Shown one piece after another: positions 59,590 to 64,000 of a DNA stretch of 64,000 bases (positions within the stretch are counted from its first letter, which is position 1; each line of letters starts with the position of its first letter). The stretch spans positions 2,112,001 through 2,176,000 of the forward strand of contig OY970343.1 in NCBI GenBank assembly GCA_963717525.1. Direction: 5' to 3'. The notes under the pieces are model-generated. The model saw only the letters and a list, made by a program, of their open reading frames with translations, had not been told where the DNA came from and made no database searches. Origin of the DNA: an uncultured Methanoregulaceae archaeon. Its GTDB lineage: Archaea > Halobacteriota > Methanomicrobia > Methanomicrobiales > Methanospirillaceae. The position numbers and the translations under genes are program-made.

Positions 59590-61361
59590 ATGGAAACGGA
59601 GACAGAGAAGACCGGGGCAGGGCCGGTAAAGAAGGGGATCGATTACAAGTGGGTCGTCCTCTCCATTACGACTATCGAGATGTTCATGGTCTCCGTGAAC
59701 GGGAGCATTACCCTCATCTCGCTGCCCGCGATCTTCAATGGCATCAACATCGACCCGCTCACCTCGTTCCAGTACCTCATCTGGGTACTGATGGGGTATA
59801 GCCTCGTCACCGCCACCCTGCTCCTTTCCTGCGGCCGGCTCTCGGATATGTACGGGAGGGTGAAACTCTATAATCTCGGGTTTGCCATCTTTACCCTCGG
59901 GTCCATCCTGCTCTTTCTCACGCCGGATAAGGGTAGCGCAGGCGCCCTTGAGATTATTGCGTTCCGTCTCGTCCAGGGTGTGGGGGCCTCGTTTACCTTC
60001 TCCAACAGCGCAGCTATCCTCACCGATGCGTTCCCTCCCGATGAGCGGGGCAAGGCGCTGGGGCTCAACACCATCTCCTTTCTGTCAGGACAGTTTGTGG
60101 GCCTGATCCTCGGCGGCGTCCTCGCGTTCTACAACTGGCGGTATGTGTTTCTCGTCAGCGTACCGGTCGGTATCCTCGGCACCATATGGGCATATCTCAA
60201 ACTTCGGGAAACACCGCTTCCCAAACGGGCCCGGAAGATCGATGTCTGGGGCAACATCACCTTTGTCGCCGGTCTCACGATCCTTTTGATCGGCATCACG
60301 TATGCCCTTCTTCCCTACGGGAACGACCCGATGGGCTGGGACAACCCGTGGGTCCTTGGTGCGATCATCACCGGCATCCTTCTCCTGATCGCGTTTCCCA
60401 TCATCGAAAGCAGGGTCGAGGACCCGATGTTCCGGCTTAACCTCTTTAAGATCCGGGTTTTCACGCTTGCAAACACCGCCGGCTTCCTGAGCGCCCTTGC
60501 CCGGGGCGGCATGTTTTTTATCCTGATCCTGATGCTGCAGGGCATCTGGCTGCCCCTCCACGGCTACAGCTACGAGTCCACCCCCTTCTGGGCCGGGATC
60601 TTTATGCTGCCGCTCACCGCCGGCTTCGTGATCATGGGCCCGCTCTCGGGCTGGCTCTCGGACAAGTACGGCTCCCGGTGGTTTGCCACGTCCGGCCTGC
60701 TCCTTATCGCCCTCTCGTTTATCATCCTTGCCGCACTTCCGTATGATTTCGACTACCCCATCTTTGCCGTCGCGCTTCTCATCATGGGGATAGGGAACGG
60801 TATGTTCGGCTCGCCTAACATTGCATCCATCATGAATGCGGTCCCTCCCGAGGACCGGGGAGTCGCCTCGGGCATGCGGTCGATGCTGCAGAACAGCGGC
60901 ATGGTCGTCTCGATGGCGCTCTTCTTTACCATTGTAATCGTGAGCCTCACGCACCTCTTCCCCCCGGAACTTGCGACATCGCTCACCAGCGCCGGGCGCC
61001 GGGCCTGATCGCACCCATGAGCGCGATCCCGCCGACCGGTGCGCTGTTCGCCGCATTTTTGGGCTATAACCCGGTCCACACGATCCTTGTCTCCCTGCCC
61101 GCAACGGCTGTCGCCGCGATCAGCCCGGTGACAATCACGGTCCTGACCGGCACCACATGGTTCCCGACCACGCTTGCAAATGCCTTCATGCCCTCGCTGC
61201 GGATCTCCTTCTACATCGGCGCCCTGCTCTCGGTCATCGCGGCCGTATTAGCCTCAATGACCGGGTCACGGTTCGTCCACGAACTTCAGGGAAAGGAAGG
61301 GGAAAAGGAAGGAGAATCCCCGGAAACCGTGGAGGATACCGGCCTGGAAATCACCGGGTAA
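59590..61361 (+). CDS. MFS transporter (14-TM DHA2-like); frameshift near 60996
   Basis: [25 protein letters not shown]; the C-terminus continues in ORF 61017..61361. Confidence 0.9.
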
Positions 61362-61445
61362 CCGGCAGGCAGGGGTCCATCCCGGGAAGGGGGGCCAGAT
61401 TTACCTGTTTTTACACAGGGGGGTACAGGAGCACGACCCCCTTTA

Positions 61446-62195
61446 TCAGGCTCCACTTCTTGGTTCTTTCATCCAGTCGTGGGAGAAGATCTCTGCCTCT
61501 CCGCTCACGATTCCTGCCACGATCTTTTGCGCCACGAATTCTGCGGGATCCGGCTGATACCTCCCGCCCGGTTCCCGGGTGCCTTCCGGCACGGGCAGAG
61601 CATGGATGGTATTCTTCTCGAAATTGGTCAGGGTGATATACGGGTAGACAACGGATACGACGATGTGGTCGGCTTCCAGCTCCTGCCGGGCGGCGAGGCT
61701 GATGCCGGCAAGGGCCCGCTTGGACGATGAATACGGGCTCATGCCCGGCAGGTGCATCAGTGCAGTGCCCGAGCTGATATTGACAATCGATCCCCCGCCC
61801 AGCGCCCGCATGACTGGGATTACCGCCTGCATGGCGGCGAGAGGACCGATCACGTTCAGGTCGTAGATATACCGGAACGTGCTGATGTTGGTCTTCTCCA
61901 CGGGCGCATCATATCCCTGCCCCGCATTGTTGACCAGGATTTCTATCCTGCCAAATTCCTTCTGTGCCGAAGCGACCATCTTTTTGACCTGCGGGATCTT
62001 TGTCATGTCGGCAGGCAGGGCACGGGAACCGGGCAGTGTTCCGGATAATTCTTCAAGCACCACTTTGGATCGCGAGACAAGCCCGACCCTGACACCGTTT
62101 TTTGCGAGGAGCCGGGCGGTTGCAAGGCCAATTCCTGAAGACGCACCGGTCACAATCGCAGTTTTTCCCTGTAATTTTGAAAATTCTGCATCCAT
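61446..62195 (-). CDS. SDR family oxidoreductase
   Basis: TGASSGIG, NNAG, YSSSK. Confidence 0.93.
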   Translation of the reverse strand: MDAEFSKLQGKTAIVTGASSGIGLATARLLAKNGVRVGLVSRSKVVLEELSGTLPGSRALPADMTKIPQVKKMVASAQKEFGRIEILVNNAGQGYDAPVEKTNISTFRYIYDLNVIGPLAAMQAVIPVMRALGGGSIVNISSGTALMHLPGMSPYSSSKRALAGISLAARQELEADHIVVSVVYPYITLTNFEKNTIHALPVPEGTREPGGRYQPDPAEFVAQKIVAGIVSGEAEIFSHDWMKEPRSGA

Positions 62196-62384
62196 TATTC
62201 TCTCACACCTCACCCCATTGTGGGTCTACCCGAGTATATACGCGGTAATTATTAGAGATTTACCCGGGATCCGGACATGACTGTCCCCTCTCATATGCCC
62301 TTAACAGGTTCCAGTGGTGGAGCATGGATATATGTCCCGAAATAAAACAGGGTTTCACCCAGGGGTTCTCCCGGGTACCCTTTC

Positions 62385-63128
62385 CTAGATCCCTTTTGAA
62401 AGGTTATACTGCTGGATCAGTTTTGCCGCCGCGACGAATACCACGATGACTATTACCAGTACAACAATATCCATGACCGGAGGATAAACCGCAGTGTCGG
62501 TGATCGCCCCGTTGAACAGGTCGACAAGGTAAGTGAGCGGGGATATCTCGTTGGTCCATGCCCAGCTCCCGAGCTGACTCAGCGGAATGAAGATGCCCGA
62601 GACAAAGATCAGCGGAAGGCGGATCAGGTTGGAGACCATCATTACGTTGGAGGGATTGCTCATGGCCGGGGACGAAAGGAGGGTTCCGAGAGCTGCGAAG
62701 GTAAACCCTCCCAGGATTAACGTTACGGCGAGGAGCAGGGGATGGGCGAGGGGTAAGTGAAGAAGGAGCGTTCCTGCCGTCCAGACAATAGTGGTGATGA
62801 CGATCCCGAAAAGCGCCCCTGCAAGGATGTCGCCAAGGATGATACTTTCCAGCGTTACCGGGAGGGACAGAAGGCGCTCGTAGGTCTTTTCCCGTTTCTC
62901 CCACGGCGTGATGAGCGGTCCGGTGGAAGAGGAGGAGAAGAAGAGCATCATGCCAAGGAATGCCGGGAAGAAGAGGACGAGGTTGAGGTTCCGCCCGATA
63001 AAAAAGGTCAGGAACATCAGGAAGGGAAACAGGAGACCGAAGATCACGACCGCCCCCTTGTAATAGTAAATCCGCATGTTCTTCTCGGCAACCAGAAGGA
63101 CGCTCCGGATAAAAAGCCTTGGATCCAT
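62385..63128 (-). CDS. ABC-2 type transporter permease
   Basis: EKREKTYERLLSLP, SGIFIP, SPLTY. Confidence 0.9.
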   Translation of the reverse strand: MDPRLFIRSVLLVAEKNMRIYYYKGAVVIFGLLFPFLMFLTFFIGRNLNLVLFFPAFLGMMLFFSSSSTGPLITPWEKREKTYERLLSLPVTLESIILGDILAGALFGIVITTIVWTAGTLLLHLPLAHPLLLAVTLILGGFTFAALGTLLSSPAMSNPSNVMMVSNLIRLPLIFVSGIFIPLSQLGSWAWTNEISPLTYLVDLFNGAITDTAVYPPVMDIVVLVIVIVVFVAAAKLIQQYNLSKGI

Positions 63129-64000
63129 CACGCACCTCCCGTGAGATGGACAAATGCCTCTTCGAGCGTCGGGCTCGATGTAGCAACCGAGATTATTTTC
63201 AGGTGCTCCCGTTCAGCAAGGGCGGCAAGGAATTTTACGGCCGGGTCAGGGTCATCCGTGTACAGCCTCCACTTGTCGCCGTGATTCTCCACGCGGAAGG
63301 CCCCCCCGGTCTCAAGCCATTCTTTTTTCACCGGCTGCTCGAACGCGATCTCCACGTATTTTGCGGTATCGAAGGTCTTTTTGAGTCTCTCCGGGCTGCC
63401 GGTTGCCACGATCCGGCCTTTGTCGATGACGCTGATAACCGTGCAGAGCTCGTTTGCCTCCTCGATATTGTGAGTGGTAAGAAAGATGGTACTGCCCTCT
63501 TTGTTCATCCTGCGGATAGTATCAAGCACAAGCCTGCGGCTGAATACGTCCAGACCCCCCGTGGGCTCGTCAAGGAATAACACCGGTGGCGAGGGAACGA
63601 TGGCACAGGCAATGCTGATCCGCTGCCGCATCCCTTTTGAGAAGGTGCGGACAATATCGTTTCTCCGCTCGGTGAGCCCAAGGATCGCAAGGATCTCCTC
63701 TGCCCGTTTTTTACGGGAGATGCTGTCCATGCCGTAGAATTTTGCCGTCCAGAGAATATTCTGTTCGGCGGTCAGGTCAGAATAGACCGTGCCGTTCTCG
63801 GGTATGATCCCCATCTTCAGTTTGGCTTCGAGCGGGTGTCTTTTGATATCGATCCCGCAGATATGGGCAGAGCCGGCATCCGGTGTCAGCACCCCGGTAA
63901 GCATCCGGATGATAGTGGTTTTCCCGGCACCGTTGGGTCCGAGAAAACCAAAGATCTCCCCCTCTTTTACGGCAATACTGGCATCATGAACAGCCTTAAA
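63128..64000 (-). CDS. ABC transporter ATP-binding protein (5' end beyond window)
   Basis: GPNGAGKT, FSKGM, LDEPTGGLD. Confidence 0.93.
   Translation of the reverse strand, partial: FKAVHDASIAVKEGEIFGFLGPNGAGKTTIIRMLTGVLTPDAGSAHICGIDIKRHPLEAKLKMGIIPENGTVYSDLTAEQNILWTAKFYGMDSISRKKRAEEILAILGLTERRNDIVRTFSKGMRQRISIACAIVPSPPVLFLDEPTGGLDVFSRRLVLDTIRRMNKEGSTIFLTTHNIEEANELCTVISVIDKGRIVATGSPERLKKTFDTAKYVEIAFEQPVKKEWLETGGAFRVENHGDKWRLYTDDPDPAVKFLAALAEREHLKIISVATSSPTLEEAFVHLTGGA

Overview
A gene-dense, GC-rich archaeal chromosomal segment, most consistent with a Methanomicrobiales methanogen (Methanoregula-like). The assignment rests on TFB, Gar1, SRP19, eS6/eS8, aIF5B, Spt5, SecE, methanopterin genes and REC-PAS-GAF kinases. 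The window holds about 65 CDS and 4 tRNAs (Ala-TGC, Ala-CGC, His-GTG, Lys-CTT). I found no rRNA, CRISPR array, transposase or integrase. Most genes are housekeeping (nadE, RIO2, thiL, tfb, hypB, infB, ileS, thg1, dtdA-ftsZ-secE-spt5, mptE, RFAP synthase), mixed with membrane, redox and methyltransferase accessory genes. About ten single-base indels split otherwise intact genes, including ftsZ and thiL, and are most likely assembly errors. Most interesting observations: (1) an unannotated 30-aa six-Cys micro-ORF with an Fe-S-loop-like motif downstream of rps6e; (2) an apparent operon of a TtuA/Ncs6 paralog with a degenerate PP-loop, a tandem-RCK channel lacking the GYG filter, and nadE; (3) a PKD-domain protein fused to an HDxxH site-2-protease-like domain; (4) DTD2 carrying an RNase Z exosite-like arm; (5) a tRNA-His gene lacking G-1 in the same window as Thg1; (6) dispersed GC-rich structured intergenic elements; (7) perfect palindromic operator candidates. 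All family assignments are by eye from motifs; no searches were run.
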